A DNA stretch of 64,000 bases, from positions 31,188,001-31,252,000 of the forward strand of contig CM052817.1 of NCBI GenBank assembly GCA_028534125.1, written 5' to 3'. How positions within the stretch are numbered: position 1 is the stretch's first letter; each line of letters begins with the position of its first letter. A program made the translations under genes and the position numbers. Below the pieces are notes generated by a model. That model saw only the letters and a list, made by a program, of their open reading frames with translations, made no database searches and was not told the DNA's origin. The DNA comes from Lama glama. Lineage: Eukaryota. Positions 1 to 11,701 of the stretch are shown one piece after another.

Positions 1-183
1 ACTCGAGCACTTTTCTTTCCTTCTCTGTTCAGGCGCTTTCCTTCCTTTTCCCCTTCTGAGCAATAAAGCGGCTGTTATCTCAGTCCCTCAGGCTCTGCTG
101 TGCAAATTCTTTCATGGCCAGCGGCAAGGACACACACTTTGATGGGCTTCCTAATTTAGGGGGGTCTCACTATCCGCTAACAC
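1..183 (+). mobile_element. 3' end of an ERV LTR, truncated by the window edge
   Basis: AATAAA at ~62 followed by a U5-like segment (aaattctttc...aaggac) ending ...ctaaca. Confidence 0.5.
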
Positions 184-354
184 AACGACACAGCCAGGAA
201 ACTCACAAGTCTACATAGTTCTTTCTCTCCAACTCTTCTCTTCCCTGTGGCTTCTACTTTGACAGGTGGTACAAACACCACCTTCTCCCTCTTCCCAACC
301 AAACGCTTGCTTGTTATCATTCCTTCTGCCTTCTTCTCTCCACAGTAGATCATG

Positions 355-480
355 AAATCTCCAATGTGTGAGTTCTTCAGAACAGGGACTCTGTCTGTCG
401 TATTTGCCCCTAAATCCCCAGCACCTGAAACATCCCAGCACACAGTAGGTCCTCCATACACCTTTGCTGAATGCATGATT
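355..480 (+). mobile_element. L2 3' end fragment
   Basis: cagggactctgtct...ccccagcacct...cacagtagg...tgctgaatgcatga is the typical L2 tail. Confidence 0.65.
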
Positions 481-1725
481 GGCACAGAGTTGCTACTCTG
501 TTGCTGCTGAATGAAGACATGAATGTATGTCTCTAAGCTGAGTTCCCAGACAAGAAGAACATAAAAATTATTTCCCTTTAGTTCGATTTTTCTAGTAATT
601 TGTTCTTCTAAACAAGGGTATTAAATCCAATGAACAGCTTGTTTTCTATCAGAACAACAAAATGCTATTTGTTTTGGTACAATGTTCAAATGCTAATTCT
701 TGGCTGTTAACTTTCACAGTTAAGCAAGAAGCTTTCTGGTCTTCAGATTTTATCCCATATAAATCCTCTATCCCAAAATTATACTTAGCAGGGAGTCTTC
801 TGAAATCCAAATTGGGAAAATTAGAAACAGCTTAGCAATCCCAAAGAATAATATTTCACAAAATCCTATGGAGTAAAAAGCCAGGTCCTGTGGGGCCACT
901 GGCTGGGTGTATTAACCAATTTCAGAAAACATTCACTCTTACAGGCCTCCTACGTGCTACTGAGTGGACAAAAGTAACGCGTCAAAGAGTCTCAGGATTT
1001 TTAAGTGCTGAATCTTACATTTCATCTAAAACATTCTGTCCTCTGCGTTTGAGTTGGTATTAGTGGAACCAGATTCTAAAGAATAGATGTTGCTTTCTTG
1101 CTTGGAACTGCGTGGCCTTGCGTCTTACTTTGTATCAAGTCTCTAGTCAAATCAACTTGCAGTGCTTTCCTTCATAAAAATAGCAAAACTGTGCTACACT
1201 AACAGAAATAAATAAAAGGTCCCTACCTTCATGTCTACATTTGTATTTGACTGGTGGAATAAGACTTCATGAATTAAAAATATTTCAAGGCTCATTTATT
1301 TTTATCACTACTATTCTATACCAGGCAGATCTGAACATTTCATGTTTACTTCAATTAGAAGACTGCCAGCAGGCAGACTTATTTTCAGTGCAAAGCCTTC
1401 GCCTAAATTAAGTCACACATTTCTGACATCTGTCCAAGGAGACTGAGAGCAAAACTCTAAACTTCTCCTTACCAGGTCAATATCAGCAGTTCTAAACCAA
1501 ATAACCACTTATTGTCCTTTGTTGAGATTTATTCAAATTGCCAATCATGGAAAAAAAAATGTTAGGCACATTCCCATGAAGAAGAAAAGAGAGAGAAGCT
1601 GAGTGGGGTGTGGTCAGGTAACCACTGCTCATCTAATCACAAATGATAAGGTTAAGGACCGATACTTGCTTTACATACAGAATCCTGCGCTTTATAACAT
1701 ATACATGTATGTCTACCCATACATG

Positions 1726-2225
1726 NNNNNNNNNNNNNNNNNNNNNNNNNNNNNNNNNNNNNNNNNNNNNNNNNNNNNNNNNNNNNNNNNNNNNNNNNNN
1801 NNNNNNNNNNNNNNNNNNNNNNNNNNNNNNNNNNNNNNNNNNNNNNNNNNNNNNNNNNNNNNNNNNNNNNNNNNNNNNNNNNNNNNNNNNNNNNNNNNNN
1901 NNNNNNNNNNNNNNNNNNNNNNNNNNNNNNNNNNNNNNNNNNNNNNNNNNNNNNNNNNNNNNNNNNNNNNNNNNNNNNNNNNNNNNNNNNNNNNNNNNNN
2001 NNNNNNNNNNNNNNNNNNNNNNNNNNNNNNNNNNNNNNNNNNNNNNNNNNNNNNNNNNNNNNNNNNNNNNNNNNNNNNNNNNNNNNNNNNNNNNNNNNNN
2101 NNNNNNNNNNNNNNNNNNNNNNNNNNNNNNNNNNNNNNNNNNNNNNNNNNNNNNNNNNNNNNNNNNNNNNNNNNNNNNNNNNNNNNNNNNNNNNNNNNNN
2201 NNNNNNNNNNNNNNNNNNNNNNNNN
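1726..2225. other. Assembly gap (500 N)
   Basis: Run of exactly 500 N. Confidence 1.
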
Positions 2226-2269
2226 CAGATTAGGTTTAACCCTCACTAAAGGTAGGAAGCATGATAAGT

Positions 2270-2320
2270 ATTGTTATTGTTTTGTTGTTGTTGTTGTTTG
2301 TTGTTGTTGTTGTTGTTATT
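2270..2320. repeat. Imperfect (TTG)n microsatellite
   Basis: ttgttgttgttgttgtttgttgttgttgttgttgtt. Confidence 0.95.
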
Positions 2321-2354
2321 ATAGAGTACCTTGAAAACATAAAGCCCAAACCAG

Positions 2355-2582
2355 GGTTTGGTTTCTCAAAAGCAGCACTATTGACATTTGGCCCACATAG
2401 TTTTTTTGCTGGGGGAGGCTGTCCTGTTCATTGCAGGATGTTTCGCATGGTGGGTCTCTCACCAGCTAAATGCCAGGGGCAACTCTTTCTGGCCCCAGAG
2501 TTATGACAACCAAAATGTCTACAGACATTGCCAAATGTTCCCAGGTGGGGGCTACAAAATCATCTCTGGTTGAGAACCACCA
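2355..2582 (+). mobile_element. MER20 (hAT-Charlie) DNA transposon
   Basis: ggtttctcaa...gcactattgacatttgg...gacaaccaaaatgtct.cagacattgccaaatgt...ggttgagaaccac, with terminal inverted ends. Confidence 0.85.
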
Positions 2583-3070
2583 TACTAGCCAGGGTTAAAT
2601 TAATACTATGGTCACTGTAACTACTTTTATTCTTTTCAGATTACCTGGGAAAATGCTCAGAAGTGCACAGGTACTCAGTGAATATTTACTGAATAAATGA
2701 AAAAATGAGGGAAGGACTTCATTAGTTATATTTATAACTGACCCTATAGCATAAACCCTTATATGATTACGACGATATTATATAATGCATAATTTGCAAG
2801 TTGGCATACAATATATTTTTGGTACATGAACACATTTTAGTGCGTATTCTAGAAATTATATTCTTGTGCATACACAAAGATCATAGTTAACAGTTACTTT
2901 CTCCCTAGAACATGAACTATGAATATGCCTATGATGGCTAGCATCCTGTTTATCCATCAAGCATGAGACAGGAAAAGTATTTTAAATTCTAGGAATTTAA
3001 ACACCACTTATCAGACCCATGCTCAGAGAATTAATTCTACATGGAAAGAATAGTACAATCAAGAATTCTA

Positions 3071-3223
3071 GGGGGGAGGGTATAGCTCAAGAGGTAGAGC
3101 ACATGTTTAGCATGCATGAAGTCCTGGGTTCAACCCCCAGTACCTCCATTTAAAAAAATAATAATTAAATAAAATAAACCTAATTACCTCCCCCCCAAAG
3201 AAAACTAAAAAAAAGGGAAAAAA
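3071..3223 (+). mobile_element. Camelid tRNA-derived SINE (Vic-1-like)
   Basis: ggggagggtatagctcaag.ggtagagc (A box), gggttcaacccc (B box), A-rich tail, perfect TSD AAGAATTCTA at 3061-3070 and 3224-3233. Confidence 0.9.
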
Positions 3224-4429
3224 AAGAATTCTAAAAAGACTGGTAAGCTTTTCAGTATAAACGTTTAACCAATCCTCCAAAATCTGTCCCAAACTCACCA
3301 GTCTTTTCCAAGATCAGAAGGAAGATTTGTACTGTCTTCTGATATTTGGGGAACCTATGTCAGTGGCATTTCACCTTGAGCTCTTAAAGAATACTGATGT
3401 TATTCTGATTTTCAAGAACTGATACTTTTGGACCATCCTGTTAAAGAACACTAGTGATGTTTTTGACTTTCAGATTTTCTCAGTGGATTCTCCAATCCTG
3501 TATCAACAGGCTGCATTTCCCAAATGACCACTAGCAAAGTGTTCTTATCAAAACAGGGGCAAATGCAGCTGAAAAAGAAAAGAATTGAGGGGTTTCTCTT
3601 TCAGACACATTCACTCATCCTTCTGGTGGCTTCTTAGTATATACAATCTTTTGGAGGGAATCCGAATTTCGCACCAACTCTATTAAACAGTGTGCTTAAA
3701 AGAAATAAAACAAACTTCGAATTTTGGCTACGATGTAGTAACTTACAACATGTCAATGTCCCCCATCAAGTAAAACTACAAAAGCCAGATAAAACACAAG
3801 AAACATCTGTTTAAAGGCCCTTGATAGAGGGAGACTATTTGGATGCAAGTGGCTCAGATCCCAGAGAAGAAGTAACTACAGAGCAAAGAGTCTGCATTCT
3901 GTGGACGCTTTTTCCCTTTGGGACTCGCCAATTCTTGGCATGGTGCTAGAAAATGAGAATCTGGACTGCAAAGAGGCAGAGGAGCCAGTAGAGCTTTTGG
4001 CAATCCCACAGTGGTGGAGAGACAAAAATTAGACTTTGGGTGCTGTCAAAGAAGACAGGAATTAAGGGGCCAAGGATGCAGTGGGAAAGGAGACACAGAA
4101 ATGGGGCCATCACATGGAAGGATTTCCCCTCATGGCATTTGCTGTAAAGTACAAGGAAGCTAAACAGCTAGGAAGAAGACCAACGTGAAGCAAAGTGGAA
4201 ACCCAGCAATCTTGTTCTGAGAAGAAAAATATTATAATTTGGGACTGCCCAAGGAGGAGTGGAGTGCAGGAAACACTTCAGTTTCTCAGTAAGGCCCACT
4301 GGAGAAGTGCATGCTCAGAATGGAAAAAAACAGAGGTAAGTAGAGCCTTACGGACACTGCCTTATAAACACTCAGCAAAACCAGGTCAGTCTCTGCCGGG
4401 ACCAGGTGGTCTGTTCCCACTCTATGTGC

Positions 4430-5160
4430 CTGCCCTTCAGGAGAGGACCTGCTGCCCCCACTATCATCAACAGCCTGAATCTCCTTCAGGTTTCGCCTCT
4501 TCTGCAGAGCTGCCTCGCCCCAGGGCACACCCTCCCCAGGAAGGCCCACATCCAACGGCTGATGGAGGTGGGGATATAAAGACCCAGCCAAGTCTTGGCC
4601 CAACATGGAGCAACTCCCTCAGGTCACCTGTGACCCAGAGCTCCCCCTCCCCATGGATTTAGCCGAGGCTTTAACAGGCCTGGATCACACTTCCACTTCT
4701 CCTTCTGCTCAGTCCTGTTTTCTCTCCCCTCCTTTACACAAGCGCTGATACCTGATAAACACCCTGTACAACAAACTCCACCTCAGTGACTGCTTCTGGA
4801 AAACCCAGCTGCTGACAGTTACTGTAGTGGTCCAAGAAAGCAGGTGATGTGACGAGGTTATTGATCTGAACCACACACTGCTGGGATGGCAGTGAGGCTG
4901 CCAACACTGATGGTCAGAAGGAGATAGACCTTCCCTGGCATGAGGGGGTGGTCCAGGGTTGAAACCCTTGTCAGAGGTGAGTTGGAATAGTCTACCTGTG
5001 GAAAGGAATGTACTAAATAGGGTAATTTACCAAGGGTTTGACAAGGACAATGGATTGGACGGCTTACTGCTAACCATCAATAATGTTCTAGAAAAAGATA
5101 ACTCAAAGCCCCAGGCAACTGTAATTCATATGTGAACACCAAAGGGCCTTCTCAGGAATT
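4430..5160 (+). mobile_element. ERVL-class LTR (LTR16-like) followed by degraded internal sequence
   Basis: cttctccttctgctcagtcctg...aaactccacctcagtgactgcttctggaaaaccca...gaca, then agtggtccaagaaagcag typical of the internal start. Confidence 0.6.
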
Positions 5161-5214
5161 TAGAAAGAGGTTCTTACGTACTGTACTATAGCAGGAGAGT
5201 CCAGAAAGCTGAGG

Positions 5215-6170
5215 ATAGAAAAGATTGATAATGCAGACCCATTAAAATCAGCATCTTCTATTCCATAACAGACACTAATAAAAGAAAGGAAAGGCAAACC
5301 ACACAGTGGGAGAGCTTCACAATACACATACCCAAGAGATGACTTAAATCCAGAAAGCATAAAGAGAGACAAATCAGGAACAAAAAGACAGACTATCCAA
5401 TTAAAAAAGGGGCAAAATACGTCGACAGACCCTTCACAAAAAAAGATATTTAAATAACCAAGACATCTTGAAAATTCAATCAAATTCATTAGGAAAATGC
5501 AACTTAAAACTGCAAAGAGATAGCACAATACTATCATCAGAATTGCTAAAATTTAAAAAAAAAAACTGACCAAGTGTTGGAGAAGATTTGGAGCAACTGC
5601 AACTTTCACACATAGCTAGGAGAAGTATAAATTGGCACAACTACTTTAAAAAAAAAACTGTTTTGCTGAACAAATACATATCCTTGTTCCACCAAAGACA
5701 TATACAAGAATAGCCATAGCATCACCGTTCATAGTAGCTAGAGACAACTCCCACATCCATCAACAATAGTACAGGAAAATACATTGTGATGCAGAATATA
5801 TCAAAGTACTATTAAAAAGAGAATGAATGAATCACTGGAAGATGAAAATATAGTGAATCTCTCAAACATAATGTTGAGCAAACGAAGCTGGACACAAAAG
5901 GACTGTAGACTGCATGATTCTATTGATATCAAGTTCAGAAATTGATAAAAACTACCCAAGGAGATAGAAGTCGGCATTCAGGTCTTTTTTGAGAGGGTGA
6001 GGTGACAGGAGGGGGCTTGAGAGGGTTTCTGGGATGCTGTCAATATTTCATCTCTTTATCTGGGTGCTGGTCACGTGCGTCTGGTCACTCTGTTACAAAT
6101 TATTGAAATGCACACCTTATTTGTATTCTTCCTCGTATAAATGGTATACCTCAATAAAGTCTTTTAAAAA
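5215..6170 (+). mobile_element. Old L1 (L1M-type) ORF2 end and 3'UTR, ending ~25 bp from the exon 5 donor
   Basis: Degenerate L1 motifs (aaaatgcaacttaaaac, ccaagtgttggagaagat, acataatgttgagc) ending in tacctcaataaa. Confidence 0.8.
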
Positions 6171-6193
6171 TGCAACAAAACACAGGCACTTAC

Positions 6194-6375
6194 ATTGCTT
6201 TTCTCTTTCCTGCTGTGGTGAGAAGCAAATCCTGCTGGCATTTTTGTTTTCACTTTGGTTTCTAAACTGGGAGCATTTGAGGAAATCAGGCCAGGTGGCA
6301 TTCATCATGGCCAGGACTGATTCACAGCCCTTCTTGGCAGCCTCACAGAAGGACCTACAGGGCAGGAGCCCAACA
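6194..6375 (-). CDS. CORIN: CORIN coding exon 5 (182 bp): second half of frizzled-1, VGLLPCRSFCEAAKKGCESVLAMMNATWPDFLKCSQFRNQSENKNASRICFSPQQEREKQ
   Basis: Polypyrimidine tract plus acceptor tctcttttcttctag|T, donor CAAT|gtaagt, phase 2 to 1. LLPCRSFCEAAK.GCE and WPDFL.CSQF are frizzled motifs. Confidence 0.97.
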
Positions 6376-8097
6376 CTAGAAGAAAAGAGAAAAGTGAAAA
6401 TTAATGTTTTTACAGGCTATTTCACAAAGTAATAATTAAACTAATAAGAAAACTTGGCAATATTATCTAAGTTTATATTTACTATAGTCAACAACTTAAA
6501 TTTCTACATTCTACCCTAGGATTTCAGCCACCCTACTGTCATGATTCTAGAGGGAATAAGCTAGTTGCATAATATCATCTAGCTATCTCTTGTAGAAGCA
6601 TTTATCCCAAATGATTTTTTTTTTTAGATTTCTTGTGCTAAAGTAAACCTGTCAACTAAAAATGAGCTCTACTTAATATCAAAAGAAGTAAATTAACATA
6701 GAAATGAAGCCCCTCAAATTGGAAAATCAGAAGTGGGTCACAAAATAGGTTAATTTCTTTACCATCCCTATGAGACATTCAAAGGATCTCTGAGAGGCAG
6801 ACAGAGAGAAAGCGGTTCCTTAACCTCCATGGCCTCCTTGGAAAAGAAAATATTATACAAACAAACGGCAACTCTGAAACATTCTATCATTATTTATCTT
6901 TTCATTTCTATGTTATCTTCTGCAAAATAGAAAAATACAAACAACTGTCCATTAGTGGTAAAGTAATGATGCCCCGGAGTTTGTCTTTATTCATCTGACA
7001 CGCAATCAAACGCTCCTGGATCCTCAGCTCTGTGTCTACAATGTCAAGGCCATGGACTTGTTCTCTTACAGACCCAGGTGGCTTTTTCTACTTCGCGGTT
7101 AACAGACTGCATCTCTCACCCTGGCTCGTCATAAGGCAAAGGCATTTCAAATGATTTTAAGAAAAGTGGGAAAGAAAATATGCATGTCAGTCAAAGCAGA
7201 ACACACGCTTCACAAATGTAGGGTCAATAAGCTATTGCAGAATCATACAGCCTCAGATCTGTAAGAAACTTTAAACAACACCTCATTCAGATCCTTCATT
7301 TGAGACAAGTCCAGGGAGATTCTGAGACACACAGTTTCCTAATGGAAGAAGTGCGAAGAGAATCCAAAAGTTTTAACTTTCAGTCTAGGCTCTATCTACT
7401 CTCCTATACTGTCTATTCTCATAAAAGGACCTAATAATTAGGCTTTAAGAACTCCTTGATCAAACAAACACATTTACAATTCCCCATTCATATTTCTACA
7501 GGTCACAGAAACATTAACAAGATGCGCCAGCCACTGAGTTAAGATAGAACTGATAGCCTGTGAAGGAGTCCTAAGAGTGAGATCTTATACGTAACAATGT
7601 GGGGGAGGGGTACTCAACAATGACATCCAGATGCAAATGCTTTTGACCTTATTCTCAGAAACTTAAGACTGAGTACCTTTAGAATCCTAATAGTCACGTA
7701 ACTACCTACCCACATTAATATGTGACTAAATTTGTTAGAGAAGATGTGGAAAGAGGTTTTGCATTTGAAAGAATTAGTGTTAGGACATAAAATGTGACTT
7801 GGTCCAGGCAGGCATCTCAGTGTAAAGGAGACACCCGACTGCCATTCAGGAAATAGATCAGATATTTCAAGGACTGAAAGTATCACTCAAACTTTTTAAA
7901 AGATTTCCTTTCCTAGATGTTATTCCAGAGAAGTTAGAGACTGTGTTTTCTCAAATAAAACTGGGAACATGGTTGAGAAATGTGGAGAACACAGAATTCC
8001 TATGTAATTGCTTTCATGATGCTAGGCTCTATTCGAAGTGCATTAACTCATTTATTTCTCACTACAGTACATAGTACTATACTGTGGGTACCATTAC

Positions 8098-8575
8098 TGA
8101 GACAGGAGGGAAGGGAGCAGGGCACAACCATTAAAAGAATGAGACAGCCATTGAGGATATGACATAAAGTGGTTAGAACCACTAGGCCCAAGATGGCAGC
8201 AGATTTGCCTTTCAGCAGACCTTGAGCATCATTACAGGCTCACTGTAATACACTAGCGTGCTAAATGACACGCCCACAGGCACCATGACAGTTCCCAGGC
8301 TGACCATGAAAGGCCAAAAAGTGGGCAAGGGCCCAATTCCTGGAAATCCCCAGCCCTTCCCCAAAATAGTTGGAATAATCCTCCCACTTGTTAATGTATG
8401 AAATTACCCAGCCCACAAAAACTAACCACCGTGCACCCGGGGTCACTCCTCTGAGATGGACCTCATTCTATGGAACGTGTATCTCTCCAAATATACTTGC
8501 TTTCACTTTACTATGGCTCGCTCTGAAATTTTTTCCTGTGTGAGACAAGAACCTACTCTCTACTCTCCAGGAACA
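8098..8575 (+). mobile_element. Solo ERV1-type LTR inserted into a MIR
   Basis: TG...CA ends with perfect 4-bp TSD TTAC (8094-8097 and 8576-8579); MIR halves on both sides (~8010-8093 and ~8580-8700). Confidence 0.8.
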
Positions 8576-10699
8576 TTACTGTCATCCCTAATACACTAAT
8601 CAGGAAACTGAAGCACAGGAAATATAAGAGACTCATCTAAAAATCACTGAGGTAGTGAATGTCACAGCCAGCATTCGAACCCAGGCAGACTGATTCAAGG
8701 ACCATTAACTATTAACTCTCTTACACATGAGCACTTACTTGAGGAATGTATGTTCCAAAAGCGTAACTCAAGGTTAGTTCAGAACTTGATATGCACTTTC
8801 CCAGTGGACTAACCGCATACACAGGGGTTGGGTTCTCCCTTCACCCTATAAACTCCTAGTTAACCTTCAGTGAAATTTGCCAAAGGGGCTAAGGAACACC
8901 AGGAAGGGGTACAGGCATTTCTCTTTCTCTTCCAGGTGTGAGACAGCCCACAATAAAGCTACAAAACAAGCTAGGCTGGGCTTCAGCATTCTTCCTTTGC
9001 CTGACCTGGGTCCAGGGCCCTGATACCATCCTGACCGTCCACCCTCCAGGACTGCACCTGGACTGCCACCTCCACCAGAGCATTACTTGCTCCTAAACAT
9101 TTCCTCTCCTTCTGACCATCAAAACTACCTTCCCCAAGTGAGCTGATTGTAATTAGACTTTCAAAGAAGAAAAGGGATGAAAACACAGAGTAATATATAA
9201 TAATAGATGGACACTTAACCCTCCCCGAGGTTTTTTGCATCATTAGATGACTACTTGCTGGAGCAAAGGAATCTCTAATTGATGAAATTCCAAGTTTCAT
9301 TTACAGAGGAAAATATTCACCTGACATTGTCGGGTGGGGAAGATCGCTGTGTCCCAAGGGGTTCCCCGAAATTTCCTCACTCCTGAACCCACATATATTT
9401 TAATCACTCCACATCTCTCTCAGAATCTTCGACAGTAAGAGCAACGAAGGGGGCCAGCAGACTGTTTGCACGTTCCAAAGCTGAGTCTAACTCAGAAGCT
9501 GACTTCTTGTCACTGACTCTTACCAGAGTCATTTTCTGCAGGAAAGCATTAAGTCTACCATCCTGAATCTTTCACATGGGCCCTCCTCCCCATCTAATCT
9601 TGGGCCAATGGTTTGCTCACACCAAGACTCAACTTCCTCATTTGAAAAGTGAGAGGTTTGGAAGAGCTGATTTTTTCATGATCCTTTTACCACTAACATT
9701 CTGTAAATCAAAATTCATTCTTTAACACAATGCATCTCAGAGGAGCAGTGATAATCCCACCAGCTTTGCTACATTTCAAAAGGCAACAGATTTTTTTTTT
9801 TCCTCAAGATTTGCGCTGGGAATATATAGAGACATTAAAATACCATTAGGCCTTCCATTCTAAAAATAGGGCCTAAGAAAAATGTCTAGAGTGTTTCCAA
9901 ATAGCTCTCTTAAGAGGTGTAACCAACCGAGACCCATAGGCTTTAAATTGCTGGATGAGGACATGTGAAATGGTGACAGAGTATTAATAACTAGCAGCCC
10001 TTTCAGACACTGAGCAGAATGAGGAGCCATTTGTCCTTGCTTTGCGTGAAATTCAACTGCCTACGAGGGGTTGAAGTGTTTTGCTTTTCATCACATGGAA
10101 AAGTGCGATGAGACAGACCACACTATTTTGGAAAATAAGGGCTGATATCCAAGCAACAAGCAGACTGACCTCTGAAAATAGTGCTCCGCACAGGGGAGGA
10201 GTCGAATTTGGCTATCAGAATACTATTTTAGAAAAGGTGACTATTTTAAATTGATGTGTGGTGTGCACTTGGTGTTGTGCAAAAGTCCCTAAAACATTTC
10301 AACCCAGGCTTAAGCAGAAAACTCTTACCTCACCTCTATAATTATTTGTTGAAACAAATACATACAAACAAATGTAAATAATTCTACTATATAGTGATAA
10401 TGAGGATTTTAGGAGATTTTCTCTAGGAAAGCTATTCTAAAATTATCTACAAAAAAAGTATAGATTTGCCTACAAAATTTAAAGCAAATTTATCTACTAA
10501 TTTTTAAATTTACCAAAAAAATGGATTTTTTATTGTACCCTTTGACCAATATCTCCCTGCTACCCCCCTAAATTTATAGATTTCATCTGCAAAAAAAGTT
10601 CTGATAAAGACATAAAGTTAAAATGACTGAACAAGCTATAGCCACACAGTAGCTTTTATAATAGCTAATGGATTTTTAGGTTTTATAACTCACTTTTTT

Positions 10700-11090
10700 C
10701 TAACTTTTTATTTTTATTTTTGTGGTACAGGTGATGTATATTATACAAGTTACAGGTGTACGATACGTGATTCACAATTTTTAAAGGTTATACTCCACTT
10801 ATACTCCCCATGTTGTACAATATATCCTTGCAGCTAATTTTACCTAATATCTAACTTCTTACTTTAAACTACATTTAGAGACTTACAGAAAAGTTATAAA
10901 AATAGTACAGAAAGTTTCCATATAGCCTTTATCTGGGCTCCCCTAAAGCAAATATCTCATGTAACTACGGTATAATTATCAGAACCAGGAAACTGACACT
11001 AGTATAATACCTGTAACTAAAGGAAGGACCGTATCCAAATATCACCAAGATCTCCATTCAGGATCTCACATTGCATTTAGTTGTCACTTT
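10700..11090 (-). mobile_element. Two adjacent L1 3' fragments (younger short tail plus older L1MC-like piece)
   Basis: tacaggtgtac...gattcacaatttttaaaggttatactcca and agacttacagaaaagttataaaaatagtaca. Confidence 0.7.
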
Positions 11091-11179
11091 CTATTTCTGG
11101 CAAATAACTAAACTTTCAGCAGATATGAAAAGGTCAGGATTTAAAACTATTTTCCACGGGGAAAGAAAAAGGGTCTTTT

Positions 11180-11701
11180 TGATAAGCAGACTTTAACAAG
11201 GCCCTGAATGACCCCCAATCCTGCTATTCATGTCATGTGTAGTCCCCTCCTCTTGAGTGTGAGCTGGCCTAGTGACTTGCTTACAACCAACAGAAGGTAA
11301 TGGGATGTGACTTCTATCATTAGGGTACATAAGTGTGACTTCTCTCTTGCTAGCAGACTACTCTCCCTTTGCTGTAATAGGTAGGCCTACATGGCAAGGA
11401 CCTGAGGGTGGCCTTTGGCCAACAGACACCTAGGAACTGAGGCTCTCAGTCCTTAAGAACTAAAATTCTTCCAACATTTACATGAGCCTGGAATTGTATC
11501 CTTCCCTAGGCAAGCCTTCAAATATGACCCCAGCCCTGGTCAACATCATGACTTTGCCCACATAACAGACCCTGAAACAGAAGACCCAGATAAGGCACTC
11601 TCAGATTCCAGATCCATAGAAACTGTGAGATAACAGATGTGTGTTGTTTTAAGCTGCTAAATCTGGGGTAATTTGTTATGCAGCAATAGGTAACTAATAC
11701 A
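11180..11701 (+). mobile_element. MLT1 (ERVL-MaLR) LTR
   Basis: agtcccctcctcttgagtgtgagctgg...aactgtgagataacagatgtgtgttgttttaagctgctaa...atttgttatgcagcaataggtaactaatac. Confidence 0.85.

Noticed and set aside
1603..2334. Long ORFs spanning the first gap (also 44609-45208 at the second)
   Set aside because: Artefacts of translating 500-N placeholders; true gap sizes are unknown.
3071..3145. tRNA-like sequence
   Set aside because: It is the head of a SINE with an A-rich tail and TSD, not a tRNA gene.
4195..4662. 155-aa plus-strand ORF and the overlapping 106-aa minus ORF
   Set aside because: Overlap LTR/L1-derived sequence; no recognisable domain or exon structure.
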